A stretch of DNA of 64,000 bases from assembly GCA_965267575.1 (NCBI GenBank), contig OZ254086.1:3424001-3488000 (forward strand). Direction: 5' to 3'. This DNA is from Calditrichales bacterium. GTDB lineage: Bacteria; Calditrichota; Calditrichia; Calditrichales; J004. Position 1 is the stretch's first letter. Every line of letters starts with the position of its first letter. The notes beneath the pieces are model-generated. The model was not told where the DNA came from and did not search any database. It saw only the letters and a list, made by a program, of their open reading frames with translations. Of the stretch, positions 1 to 9,570 are shown piece after piece. The translations under genes were made by a program, and so were the position numbers.

Positions 1-1
1 T

Positions 2-49
2 CTTGAAAATGTCTTTAACGACGGGACTTCTTCGCTTAGCAAAAAATAA
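2..49 (+). CDS. 3' end of an unidentified upstream gene (partial)
   Basis: Open frame LENVFNDGTSSLSKK ends at TAA 47-49, just before a terminator hairpin. Confidence 0.4.
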   Translation, partial: LENVFNDGTSSLSKK

Positions 50-56
50 CATAATG

Positions 57-82
57 AGGCCGCCTTTTGGGCGGCCTTTTTT
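57..82 (+). terminator. Intrinsic terminator
   Basis: AGGCCGCC/GGCGGCCT stem followed by a T tract. Confidence 0.8.
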
Positions 83-133
83 GTTTATACTAAAATCACG
101 ATATTAGGCTATTCCCAAAAAGTGGAGGCTGCT

Positions 134-982
134 ATGCTAAAAAGTATTCTTGTTCCCCTGGATCCATCCCCCTACAGCGCCAACGCCGTTAACGCAGCAT
201 GCCGCCTGGCGAAATATCATAATGCTAAATTAACCGGTTTGGTGATTCTCGATATACCGGGCATTGAAAAGTCGGCCGGACCTGTTCCGCTGGGCGGGGC
301 CTATTATGCCGAACGGATCGAAGAAAGGCACCGCAAGGAGGCCGAGAAACGCGTTCGTCAATTGCTCGATGATTTCAGCAAAAAATGCGAAGAAGCCGGA
401 GTAGAACACGAAGAGGCGGAAAACCAGGGCAGTCCCAGCGAGCGTATCATAGAAGAATCCATGTATTATGACGCCATGGTTATCGGCCTGAAGACGTACT
501 TTCATTTTGAAACAAGTGAAGAGGCCGGAAATACACTGGACAAAATTCTGGATGACGGCATCACGCCGATTTTTGGCGTCCCCAAAGATTTCATTATGCC
601 CGATCCCGACAAAGACAAAGTAAAAGTATTGATTCCATTTAACGGCACACCACCGGCTGCGCGCTCGCTGCAACGCTTTGCGGCGGCTATGAATCCCGAT
701 CTGGCGGTCGTCAAGCTTTTAATGTGTCATGATGACCGGAACTATGCTGGCTCTGTACTTGACCACGCTTCGCGCTATCTTGATGCACACGGTTTTAAGA
801 ATGTAGAAACAGAAATAAGCGCCGTTGATGTTATTGACATCATTAAAGATAAATACATGGATTGGCCGGATGCCTATGTTGTGGGCACGCACTCAAAAAA
901 AGGCTTTTTTGATTTCATGGTGGGCAGCATAACCAAGTTCCTCATCCGCAACAGCAAGAAGCCCGTGTTTATAGCGCAGTAA
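134..982 (+). CDS. Universal stress protein, two USP domains
   Basis: N-terminal KSILVPLDPSPYS, central GSPSERII, C-terminal VVGTH...GSITKFLIRNSKKPVFI; GGAGG at 124-128 favours ATG 134. Confidence 0.85.
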   Translation: MLKSILVPLDPSPYSANAVNAACRLAKYHNAKLTGLVILDIPGIEKSAGPVPLGGAYYAERIEERHRKEAEKRVRQLLDDFSKKCEEAGVEHEEAENQGSPSERIIEESMYYDAMVIGLKTYFHFETSEEAGNTLDKILDDGITPIFGVPKDFIMPDPDKDKVKVLIPFNGTPPAARSLQRFAAAMNPDLAVVKLLMCHDDRNYAGSVLDHASRYLDAHGFKNVETEISAVDVIDIIKDKYMDWPDAYVVGTHSKKGFFDFMVGSITKFLIRNSKKPVFIAQ

Positions 983-1004
983 GAACACAAATTTATTAAA
1001 CAGG

Positions 1005-1041
1005 CCCGCTGCAAGTTGGATTAATACTCAGCGGGTTTTTT
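1005..1041 (+). terminator. Intrinsic terminator after the USP gene
   Basis: CCCGCTG/CAGCGGG stem followed by TTTTTT. Confidence 0.65.
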
Positions 1042-1042
1042 A

Positions 1043-1119
1043 TTTCGCGAAAGCTAAATTTGAAATATACATAAATTTTTGCTAAGCTAAATCAGTTTAT
1101 TCAGAGAAATTTCGCTAAA
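1043..1119. promoter_or_regulatory. Three putative operator boxes upstream of the XRE regulator
   Basis: TTTCGCGAAA (1043-1052, perfect palindrome), TTTTGCTAAG (1077-1086), TTTCGCTAAA (1110-1119). Confidence 0.45.
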
Positions 1120-1128
1120 AGTTAAAGC

Positions 1129-2622
1129 ATGTCTCCACAAACACCTTCCAGTGCCGAGAATCTGCGCCTGATACTTGGGCTTAAGCTTAAAAAATACAGG
1201 CATGAGAAGGGTTTATCCCTTAAAGAGCTTTCCGAAAAAACCGGACTCTCCCTCTCCTACATCAGCGAAATCGAGTCGGGCAAAAAGTACCCCAAGCCGG
1301 AAAAAATGATTACCCTTGCCAAAGCGTTGGACATCTCTTTTGATGATCTCGTTTCGCAAAAAGTGGATGAAACGCTCGATCCGCTGGCCGAATTGATGGA
1401 AAGCGATCTTGTAAGGGAATTCCCGTTTGATTTATTTGGTATAGCCCCGCGTGATATTCTGCACCTTTTCAGCGATGAGCCCAAAAAGGCTGCATCTTTT
1501 CTGCATACATTTTTCGAAATAAGCCGTGCCTACGACATGAGCGTGGAGCATTTTCTGCTGGCCGCCCTGCGGACCTACCAAAAGCTGCACTATAACTACT
1601 TTGAAGAGATCGAAGATCAGGCCGCGGACTATCGCAAAAAACTGGGCCTTAAGGAGCGTGAAATCCCGGACATGCGCTTATTGCAATCGCTGCTGGAAAA
1701 AAATCACGGCTACAATGTGGATTATGAAGCGATCGCGCGCGAACCGGAGCTGAAAAGTTTCCGCAGCATCTGGATAGAGGGCAAAGAGCCACGGCTGTGC
1801 ATCAACCCGGAGTTGCTGGATTCGCAGAAAGCGTTTGTGCTGGGCCGCGATCTTGCCTATGAGCTGTTTAAGCTAAAACAGCGCGCCCAGACTTCATCGT
1901 GGATGAAGGTGGAGTCGTTTGAACAGCTGCTCAACAATTTCCGTGCTTCTTATTTTGCCGGGGCACTGCTGTTGCCGCGTCAGGCCCTGGTTAAAGACCT
2001 GGAGGCGTTTATCAGCCTGCCGCTCTTTGACAATAAAAGATTTCTGCAACTGATGGACGATTACAATGCCACGCCGGAAATGTTTTTATACCGGCTTAGC
2101 CAGCTGCTGCCTGGAGTGTTTGATCTTAAAGACCTGTTCTATCTGCGCTTTACCTACAACAAAGAGCACGATGAATTTGCCCTTTCCAAAGAACTGAATA
2201 TGACGCAAATGCTTGTGCCTTACGGCATTGGTTTAAATGAGCATTATTGCCGCCGCTGGCTGCCCGTAAAGCTTCTTCAGCAAATCATAAAGAACCCGGG
2301 CGATCGTCTTTGTGGCATTCAGCGCGTGCGTTTTGTTGATGAGGGGACCGAACTGGTAATGATCAGCATAGCCAGACCGTTGCAGCTTAGCCCCGGAAAG
2401 CATTCCGCCATGACAATCGGCTTTTTGCTTAACGAGAAAGCACGACGCCTGTTTGGTTTTCTTGAGGACCCCGATATCCCCTTCAGCGAAGTCGGCGAGA
2501 CCTGTGAAAGATGCCAGATCAGCAACTGCGAGGAACGTGTCGCCTTGCCGCGCATCCTGGAACAAAGGCAAAAACTTAAGCGTCAGGAACAAGCTTTGAA
2601 AGACTTTCTTAATAGCATCTGA
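1129..2622 (+). CDS. XRE-family short-chain fatty acyl-CoA regulator (RamB/PrpR/ScfR-like)
   Basis: HTH (LKELSEKTGLSLSYISEIESGKKYP), central ImmA/IrrE-like region (ASYFAGALLLP), HYCRRW and C-terminal GETCERCxxxxCxER Cys cluster. Confidence 0.8.
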   Translation: MSPQTPSSAENLRLILGLKLKKYRHEKGLSLKELSEKTGLSLSYISEIESGKKYPKPEKMITLAKALDISFDDLVSQKVDETLDPLAELMESDLVREFPFDLFGIAPRDILHLFSDEPKKAASFLHTFFEISRAYDMSVEHFLLAALRTYQKLHYNYFEEIEDQAADYRKKLGLKEREIPDMRLLQSLLEKNHGYNVDYEAIAREPELKSFRSIWIEGKEPRLCINPELLDSQKAFVLGRDLAYELFKLKQRAQTSSWMKVESFEQLLNNFRASYFAGALLLPRQALVKDLEAFISLPLFDNKRFLQLMDDYNATPEMFLYRLSQLLPGVFDLKDLFYLRFTYNKEHDEFALSKELNMTQMLVPYGIGLNEHYCRRWLPVKLLQQIIKNPGDRLCGIQRVRFVDEGTELVMISIARPLQLSPGKHSAMTIGFLLNEKARRLFGFLEDPDIPFSEVGETCERCQISNCEERVALPRILEQRQKLKRQEQALKDFLNSI

Positions 2623-2719
2623 TTTTTGTTAAAGATATCCTATTCAAAATAGTCCTTTGCGTTTAACTTACCCTCCTTTTTGCCGAATCTGATAGCATTG
2701 TATAAAGGAAGAAAATCAG

Positions 2720-3676
2720 ATGCGGCGCAGCTCACGCCTTTTTTTGCTCACAATACTGATTCTGCTGACCAACTGCTCCCGGGAAAGACACCCTGAACTT
2801 AAGGTCGGCGTGCTATTATGGCCGCCTTATGAAGTCTTTTACCTGGCCGACTCGCTGGGCTATTATGATGATGCACATATTGACCTGGTCACCTTCAATT
2901 CGCCGGCGGAAGCGTTGCGCGGTTATCGAAACAATCTGCTGGATGCCGTTGCGCTTACGAATCAGTTTTTGCCCGCCTTGATAAACAGGGACACGAGTCA
3001 CAAGGTTGTAATGGTAATAGATCATAGTCATGGCGGCGACGCGCTGCTTGCAAAAAAGGAAATCGGAAATATTGGCGGGTTGCGGGGCAAAACGGTGATT
3101 GCGGAAGCCGGCCCTCTTGGCCTTTATATGCTGGCGAGAGCGTTGCATTTAAACGGCATGGACCTCGATGACATAAAGCTGAAAACCGTGGATATGGGTG
3201 CCCAGGCAGAGGTTTTTCAGGCTGATTCCATAGATGCCGTTGTAACATATGAACCCTATCGAACCATCTTGCTGCAACAGGGCGCGCGTGAGCTTTTTAA
3301 CAGCAGCCAGATTCCCTACGAGATAAGCGATGTTCTGATCACCACCACTGAGACAATCGGAAATAATAAAAAGAATTTGAATAGCCTGATTAGCGGGTTT
3401 TTTAAAGCCGCAAACTACCTTAATAAAAACCCGCAGGAAGCCGCTGCCATCATGAGCAAGCGCGAACATTTGACGGGGCAGCAAATGCTGAGTGCCTTGA
3501 GGGGCACCAAGATAGCCGATGTAGCTGAAAACAAACTGTTGTTCAAGAAACCGGACGGCGCCTTCTATGTTACATTGGACAGCATTTCACGAACGCTTGA
3601 GAAGATCGGGATGGCCGATACGGCTCCAGACTTTTCCGCGGTTGTTGATGCGCGCTTTATCGGGGAGCTTGACTGA
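2720..3676 (+). CDS. NMT1/THI5 (SsuA-like) solute-binding lipoprotein
   Basis: Lipobox-like LLTNC; motifs WPPYEVFYLA, DHSHGGDA, DAVVTYEP, EISDVL. Confidence 0.8.
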   Translation: MRRSSRLFLLTILILLTNCSRERHPELKVGVLLWPPYEVFYLADSLGYYDDAHIDLVTFNSPAEALRGYRNNLLDAVALTNQFLPALINRDTSHKVVMVIDHSHGGDALLAKKEIGNIGGLRGKTVIAEAGPLGLYMLARALHLNGMDLDDIKLKTVDMGAQAEVFQADSIDAVVTYEPYRTILLQQGARELFNSSQIPYEISDVLITTTETIGNNKKNLNSLISGFFKAANYLNKNPQEAAAIMSKREHLTGQQMLSALRGTKIADVAENKLLFKKPDGAFYVTLDSISRTLEKIGMADTAPDFSAVVDARFIGELD

Positions 3677-6327
3677 TGCGCATTTTTTCCCTGCCGCTGC
3701 GCTACATGATTCCGCTGCTTCTGTTAACGGCGGGGATGTTGTTCAGCACATACCTGTTTTTTTACGAAACCCATCTTTCATACAAAAATGTTGAAACTAC
3801 CGTCCGGGAACAGGCGCGGACAATCGGGCTGCTGGCTTCGAGTGAAATAGAGGCGTCTTTACGCGCCCAGAATCCTTCTCACGCGCAGGATATTCTGACC
3901 CACCTCAGCACGTTTGAAAATGTAGAAGAAGTGTTCATTTTCGGGCCGGACCTGCAGGCGCGCTTTGCCTATGACCATTTGCTGGAACAGAAGCCGTTGG
4001 AAAAGACCCTGTTCAACGAATACAGGGATGTCATCAGGAAAGCTCAAAAAGACATGAAGGGCCGGTCTTTTCTGTCGACGGATGGCGAATCCGTAATTGC
4101 CGTTTTCCCCTTCACCGACATAAATGTGGCCGAACGGGGATTTGATCATACAGGCTTGTTGTGTTTCCGGATAGACCTGGAAGAAAAAAAGGCCGTCGCG
4201 TTTGAAAAGGCGTTTTTACGATCGCTTATCAGTATTATTGTTTTTGTGCTTATAAGTCTTGTCATATGGCTAATCGTCCACTTTCATGTGCTGAGCCGCG
4301 TTAATATGCTTATTGATTTTACCCGCGGCGTAGCCGAAGGCCGTTTTCGCCTACTGGATATCGAAGAAAACAATGAGATAGGCGTGCTGGCCCATGAGCT
4401 GAATGAGATGTCGCGGCGCATTGAACATACCACGCACGACCTGCGGCGCAGCAGCGAACGGCTGACCGATGCCCAGCGCATTGGTAAAATGGGCGATTGG
4501 CGCCTTGATGTGATCACACAGGAATTTACCTGGTCCGGCCAGGTATACAATCTTCTTGGTTACCCCACGCAGTCCATTACGGTTTCTTTGGATGATTATC
4601 TGAGCCTTTGTCCGGAAGCGGAGCGCGGGCGGGTACGGGAGACATTTCTGGATGCCCTGTCAGGCAAGACGTCCATGGATATAGAACACCGTATCTCCCG
4701 CGCTGATGGCCAGGAGATCTGGGTGCACCTAAGGAGCGAAAAGGCCGGCGCTTTGAGTCACCTCTCCGGCACACTTTCAGATATAACCGACCGGCGGCGC
4801 GCGGAAGAAGCGTTGCGGGCTTCGGAAGAGAAGTACCGCAAGCTATTTCAGGATGTGCGCGATGTTGTTTACTTCAGCAGCGTCGATGGCGATATCCTCG
4901 AGATCAATAAAGCGGGTTTGGAACTCTTCGGTTATGCCAATCTCGAGGAGATGCAAAATATCAGCGTTTCCGATGATATGTATCTTGACAAGCAGGACCG
5001 GATAAAATTTACGGAGGAGATAAACAAGAAGGGCAGCGTAAAGGACTACGAATTAACCCTGAAAACCAAGCACGGCGAACCGCTTCATGTTCTAATTTCA
5101 TCAAACGTGGTGCGTAACAGTCGCGGAGAGGTGAGCGGTTACCGCGGTATTATTCGCGATGTAACAAAACAAAAGCAACTTCAGCATGAGCTGCTTCAAT
5201 CACAAAAAATGGAAGCTATCGGAACGCTGGCCGGCGGTATTGCGCATGATTTTAACAATATCCTGGGAGCGATCGTGGGATACAGCGAAATTCTGAGGAT
5301 CGACCTGGAGAAAGACCCGAAATCCATTGTTTACGTGGAGCAGATATACAAGGCCGGGTTGCGCGCCAAAGACCTTGTAAACCAGATATTAACATTCAGC
5401 CGCAAAAGGGAGCCGGAAATTAAAGAGGTTATTTTTGCCGAGATCGTGCGCGAAGCCTCTAAATTTTTACGCGCCACCCTGCCTACAACCATACATATTG
5501 AAACGGACATTAATGATGTGAACGGTGTGGTGCTGGCCGATGAAACGCAACTGCATCAACTGATCATGAACCTTTCCACAAACGCCTACCATGCAATGAA
5601 AGATGAGGGCGATGGCGTGCTTACCTTGAGCCTGGATAATGTAAACAGTGTGGATGAAGAAGAAGAGAATGGCACAGACAAGCGCTATCTGAAGCTGAGC
5701 ATCAAAGACAATGGCAGGGGCATGGACGATAAGACCCTGGTTAAAATCTTTGACCCGTTTTTTACAACCAAACCCATTGGAGAGGGTACCGGGATGGGCC
5801 TCTCCGTGGTGCATGGAATCGTTAAAAGTCATGGCGGTTATATCCGCGTTAATAGTGAACCGGGCGAAGGCAGCTGCTTCTCCGTATATTTGCCCTGTGT
5901 CGATAATGTTGAGTACATTCCGGACAAGGCGGAGCTTAACGCCCCGACGGGCCAGGGACGAATTCTGATCGTGGATGATGAGAGTGATCTTTTATACATC
6001 GAAAAAGATATGTTGCAATATTTGGGATATGAGGTGCAGGCCGTCGATGATCCGCTGCTGGCAGAAGATATTTTTCGCCGCGATCCCTTTGCCTTCGACC
6101 TGATCATGTCTGACCTGACGATGCCGCACATGGATGGCGCTGCGCTGATCGCAAAAATCCGGCAAATCGATGAATCAATCCCAATCATACTGATGACCGG
6201 TTATACGGATTTGCAGCGTCTGGACAAAATGACCGATTTGAAAATTTTCTCCGTACTAAGAAAGCCGCTCACCATGTATGAAATGGCCAAGGCGGTTAAA
6301 GCAGTGATGAAAAACAGCAAAGTTTGA
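3676..6327 (+). CDS. Hybrid sensor histidine kinase (2TM-periplasmic domain-HAMP-PAS-PAS-HisKA-HATPase-REC)
   Basis: Two TM helices, HAMP ([13 protein letters not shown]), H-box [13 protein letters not shown]-boxes DNGRGM and GTGMGL, C-terminal receiver. Confidence 0.92.
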   Translation: MRIFSLPLRYMIPLLLLTAGMLFSTYLFFYETHLSYKNVETTVREQARTIGLLASSEIEASLRAQNPSHAQDILTHLSTFENVEEVFIFGPDLQARFAYDHLLEQKPLEKTLFNEYRDVIRKAQKDMKGRSFLSTDGESVIAVFPFTDINVAERGFDHTGLLCFRIDLEEKKAVAFEKAFLRSLISIIVFVLISLVIWLIVHFHVLSRVNMLIDFTRGVAEGRFRLLDIEENNEIGVLAHELNEMSRRIEHTTHDLRRSSERLTDAQRIGKMGDWRLDVITQEFTWSGQVYNLLGYPTQSITVSLDDYLSLCPEAERGRVRETFLDALSGKTSMDIEHRISRADGQEIWVHLRSEKAGALSHLSGTLSDITDRRRAEEALRASEEKYRKLFQDVRDVVYFSSVDGDILEINKAGLELFGYANLEEMQNISVSDDMYLDKQDRIKFTEEINKKGSVKDYELTLKTKHGEPLHVLISSNVVRNSRGEVSGYRGIIRDVTKQKQLQHELLQSQKMEAIGTLAGGIAHDFNNILGAIVGYSEILRIDLEKDPKSIVYVEQIYKAGLRAKDLVNQILTFSRKREPEIKEVIFAEIVREASKFLRATLPTTIHIETDINDVNGVVLADETQLHQLIMNLSTNAYHAMKDEGDGVLTLSLDNVNSVDEEEENGTDKRYLKLSIKDNGRGMDDKTLVKIFDPFFTTKPIGEGTGMGLSVVHGIVKSHGGYIRVNSEPGEGSCFSVYLPCVDNVEYIPDKAELNAPTGQGRILIVDDESDLLYIEKDMLQYLGYEVQAVDDPLLAEDIFRRDPFAFDLIMSDLTMPHMDGAALIAKIRQIDESIPIILMTGYTDLQRLDKMTDLKIFSVLRKPLTMYEMAKAVKAVMKNSKV

Positions 6328-6335
6328 GGTATTAA

Positions 6336-6707
6336 ATGATTCGATTCTTGGTGGTTGACGACAACGAGACTTTACGCGGCATGCTTGTGGCGCTTCTTAC
6401 GCGGGAAGGGTACACTGTACTGGAAGCGGCCGATGGTTTTGCCGCACTGGAAGTCCTTAAAAAAGAAGATGTGGATATTGCAATCATAGATATCATTATG
6501 CCGGAAAAAGATGGTATAGAAACAATCCGCGAGGTAAAGGCACTTTATCCTGACCTCGGGATTATTGCCATTTCCGGCGGCAGTCCAAACGTGAAAGCGG
6601 ATCTGAGCCTCGATCTAGCTAAAAAGCTTGGCGCGCAGGAAATCATTAAAAAACCGTTCAGCCGTAAAGAAATCCTGGAGGCCATAGCCAAGCTCGTACA
6701 GAGTTGA
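6336..6707 (+). CDS. Single-domain response regulator
   Basis: VVDD, IIDIIMPEKDG, IIAISGG, KKPF. Confidence 0.9.
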   Translation: MIRFLVVDDNETLRGMLVALLTREGYTVLEAADGFAALEVLKKEDVDIAIIDIIMPEKDGIETIREVKALYPDLGIIAISGGSPNVKADLSLDLAKKLGAQEIIKKPFSRKEILEAIAKLVQS

Positions 6708-6711
6708 TTAT

Positions 6712-8016
6712 ATGCGAAGCCGTTTTCAAAACTGGAAAAACGATAACCCAGCCATTTGGATCTCACTTAAATACCTTGTTATCGCCTCACTCTGGATATT
6801 CTTGTCCGACCAATTATTGTTCAGCATAGATGTTTTAGATGAAGAAGGCCTGATCATGTATCAGACATTGAAGGGCCTCTTTTTTGTTACGGCCACTTCA
6901 CTTATGCTTTATTTCTTTATCAGAAAGCAGTTCCTATTGCTGCAGCGCAGCAGAGATCTGTTTAGAAGTATTTTTAATTCGCTGGATGACGCTGTCTTTT
7001 TAATAGATCCGGAGCGCAGAACAATTAAAGATTGTAATCTCGCTGTCAAGCATGTCTTTGGTTATGAACCTGATGAATTGAAGGGAAAAGGTTCTTCCAT
7101 TTTACACGTCGATGAAGAGCACAATCGGCTTTTCGCAGAAAAAGGTGAACCAGACCTCTCCGCTAAAGGCTACTTTGAAACCGAATTTGTGATGAGAAGG
7201 AAGGACAATCGTATAATAAATACAAGAAACTTTGTAGCACCAATAGTCCAAAATAAGTGGCAGGAAGGTGTTATAAGTGTTGTAAAAAATGTGACCCGTG
7301 AAAAAGAGCATATCCGGGAAATTGAGAAAAGCAGGCTTGAGCTGAGGCGGCTGGCGCATAAGCTGCAGTATGGCATAGAAGAGGAACGCCGACGCTTTGC
7401 CAGGGAATTGCATGATAATCTCGGTCAGCAATTTGTTATTTTAAAGCTGCGCCTGAAGATGCTTTTGACCCAGTTGATTGAAAAAGATCCCGCGCCCGAA
7501 GAAGTCCAAAGAGAATTCGAAGATATAAATAGCGTCCTGGACAAAACTTCACGCATTTCCCGTAAACTTATCGAGGATTTGAGGCCTGGTGAAATCGAAT
7601 CTCTGGGGCTGAACGGAGCCCTTGAAAACCTCACCCAGGATTTTGCAAGCAAGGCAAAAATAAATTGCCGTTTTCTGACCGAAACAGATGTAAAGATTCC
7701 CCATGATATTGCCATTGCCATTTATCGGATCACCCAGGAATCGCTTTCCAACGTTGCCAAGCACGCGGCTGCACAAAATGTTTTGGTAAGATTATTTATA
7801 AATAAAGATCAGCTTACGATAGTGATAAAAGATGACGGGCACGGTTTCAAAGAAACGGACGGGGATAAGGAAAATACGTTCGGTATTCTGGGCATACGCG
7901 AGAGGGCTAATATGTTCAGGGGGCGTTCCAATATTCGCAGCACAAAAAAGGGGACTACTGTAGAGGTCAGTTTTCCTTTGAAAGGTAACGACAATGACCC
8001 GGATATGCATCGTTGA
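6712..8016 (+). CDS. NarX/UhpB-type (HisKA_3) PAS sensor kinase
   Basis: Two N-terminal TM helices, PAS, EERRRFARELHDNLGQ, YRITQESLSNVAKHA, DDGHGF. Confidence 0.9.
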   Translation: MRSRFQNWKNDNPAIWISLKYLVIASLWIFLSDQLLFSIDVLDEEGLIMYQTLKGLFFVTATSLMLYFFIRKQFLLLQRSRDLFRSIFNSLDDAVFLIDPERRTIKDCNLAVKHVFGYEPDELKGKGSSILHVDEEHNRLFAEKGEPDLSAKGYFETEFVMRRKDNRIINTRNFVAPIVQNKWQEGVISVVKNVTREKEHIREIEKSRLELRRLAHKLQYGIEEERRRFARELHDNLGQQFVILKLRLKMLLTQLIEKDPAPEEVQREFEDINSVLDKTSRISRKLIEDLRPGEIESLGLNGALENLTQDFASKAKINCRFLTETDVKIPHDIAIAIYRITQESLSNVAKHAAAQNVLVRLFINKDQLTIVIKDDGHGFKETDGDKENTFGILGIRERANMFRGRSNIRSTKKGTTVEVSFPLKGNDNDPDMHR

Positions 8017-8629
8017 TGATCATGATATTGTTCGGCGCGGCTTTATTAGTCTGATACGTAATGAGTTTGGCCTGGAAGTGGTGGCAGATTTCGGGGATGG
8101 TGAGTCTTTTCTCCGCTACCTTCATGAAGAAAAAGCCTGCGATATTCTGATACTTGACATATCCCTTGAGGGAATAAGCGGACTTGAGCTTTTAAAGCAG
8201 GCGCTTTCCCTAAAAACGGATCTGCGAGTTCTTGTTCTCAGCATGCATCCGGAAGAGCGCTACGGTATGCAGATGCTGCGTGCCGGTGCTTTTGGTTATC
8301 TCAACAAAAGCGACGCTTCGGAAAACATCATAAAAGCTTTACGCCGGCTTGAAGAGGGCAAAAAATACATCAGTGAAAATATGGCTGAGCAAATAGCCGA
8401 GAGGATTGCCGAGCCCCTGCATCAAAAACCACACGAAAAACTGTCGGACAGGGAATACCAGATCATGCTGATGCTGGCCAATGGCAAAAGCAGTAAAGAA
8501 ATCGCAAGCAAACTAAACCTTGCCCAGACAACGGTACATACCTACAAGTCCCGCCTTTACGACAAGATGGGTTTTAGCAAAGTGAACGATATTTTTCGCT
8601 ATGCCATTGAAAACAATCTTATAGATTGA
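7994..8629 (+). CDS. NarL/UvrY-family DNA-binding response regulator
   Basis: DDHDIVR, LDISL, LSMHPEE, LuxR HTH (LSDREYQIM...TVHTYKSR). Confidence 0.92.
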   Translation: MTRICIVDDHDIVRRGFISLIRNEFGLEVVADFGDGESFLRYLHEEKACDILILDISLEGISGLELLKQALSLKTDLRVLVLSMHPEERYGMQMLRAGAFGYLNKSDASENIIKALRRLEEGKKYISENMAEQIAERIAEPLHQKPHEKLSDREYQIMLMLANGKSSKEIASKLNLAQTTVHTYKSRLYDKMGFSKVNDIFRYAIENNLID

Positions 8630-8635
8630 CACGCC

Positions 8636-8653
8636 TGTCGAATTTTTTCTACA
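8636..8653. promoter_or_regulatory. 18-bp imperfect palindrome, candidate response-regulator site
   Basis: TGTCGAATTTTTTCTACA; a related copy lies at 9109-9126. Confidence 0.5.
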
Positions 8654-8713
8654 AGCAAATTGTTCTCCATTTATTATTGTTAATACCAGTAATAAAATGG
8701 ATGCGATAGCGTT

Positions 8714-9097
8714 ATGAACAAGGAATGTTTGATCGTTGAAGATGAAAAGGAAATCGCCAGGCTTTTCAGGGATATTATTCTCACCATCTCTCCCGCAAGC
8801 AAAGTGTCTGTTGCCGCTTCTCTCTCCGAAGCAACCCTGAAAATTTCACAGCTGCAAAACGCAGTCGTACTGATGGATTATTATCTGCCGGACGGAACGG
8901 CGCTGGAGTTAATAGACCGTTTTATGACCAATAAAAAAAATGGCACCGCTTTGGACATAATCGTCATGAGTTCGCATGGGCTCGAAAAAATCAAAGGCGT
9001 TTTAAAATCAAAGGGTGTCACGCACATATTTCATAAATCGGAAGAGATGGATGATCTTTTGCATTATCTGGAACGGCTCTTAACAGGTGAAAGATAA
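8714..9097 (+). CDS. Single-domain response regulator
   Basis: IVEDE, LMDYYLPDG, VMSS, FHK. Confidence 0.8.
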   Translation: MNKECLIVEDEKEIARLFRDIILTISPASKVSVAASLSEATLKISQLQNAVVLMDYYLPDGTALELIDRFMTNKKNGTALDIIVMSSHGLEKIKGVLKSKGVTHIFHKSEEMDDLLHYLERLLTGER

Positions 9098-9108
9098 AAA
9101 GGCACCTT

Positions 9109-9126
9109 TGTAGTATTTATTCTACC
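9109..9126. promoter_or_regulatory. 18-bp imperfect palindrome, second copy
   Basis: TGTAGTATTTATTCTACC. Confidence 0.5.
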
Positions 9127-9204
9127 TGAGATTGGTAAACCCCACGACGGCCCGCCAGCAAATAATTTCCGAATATCATAATGTATAAAAAAAGCGAGGT
9201 ATTA

Positions 9205-9570
9205 GTGAAAGTAGTTATAGTTGACGATTCATCGGATGTACGGTTTATGTTTAAGAATTATCTGCAGGCAAATGGCGTGGCCGTTGTTGGAGAGGCCGAG
9301 TCGGTGTCCGAAGCACGGGAAATAATTCTTGACCAAAGACCGGACCTCGTTTTGCTGGATTTTTACCTAAAGGATGGCACCGGCCACGAGGTTATTAAAA
9401 GCCTTGTCAACAATGATGTGAAATTCATCGTCATGTCCTTTTTTGATCTTAAACCATTTCGGGCTCGCTTATCGTCTGAAGGCGTTGAAAATGTCTTTAG
9501 TAAAGTCGATGACATGGATTTGATCCTGGATAAGATAAACGAGAGAAAGTCCGAAGTTTATAATGAGTAA
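9205..9570 (+). CDS. Single-domain response regulator
   Basis: IVDD, LLDFYLKDG, VMS, FSK; GAGGT SD precedes GTG 9205 (in-frame ATG also at 9181). Confidence 0.82.
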   Translation: MKVVIVDDSSDVRFMFKNYLQANGVAVVGEAESVSEAREIILDQRPDLVLLDFYLKDGTGHEVIKSLVNNDVKFIVMSFFDLKPFRARLSSEGVENVFSKVDDMDLILDKINERKSEVYNE

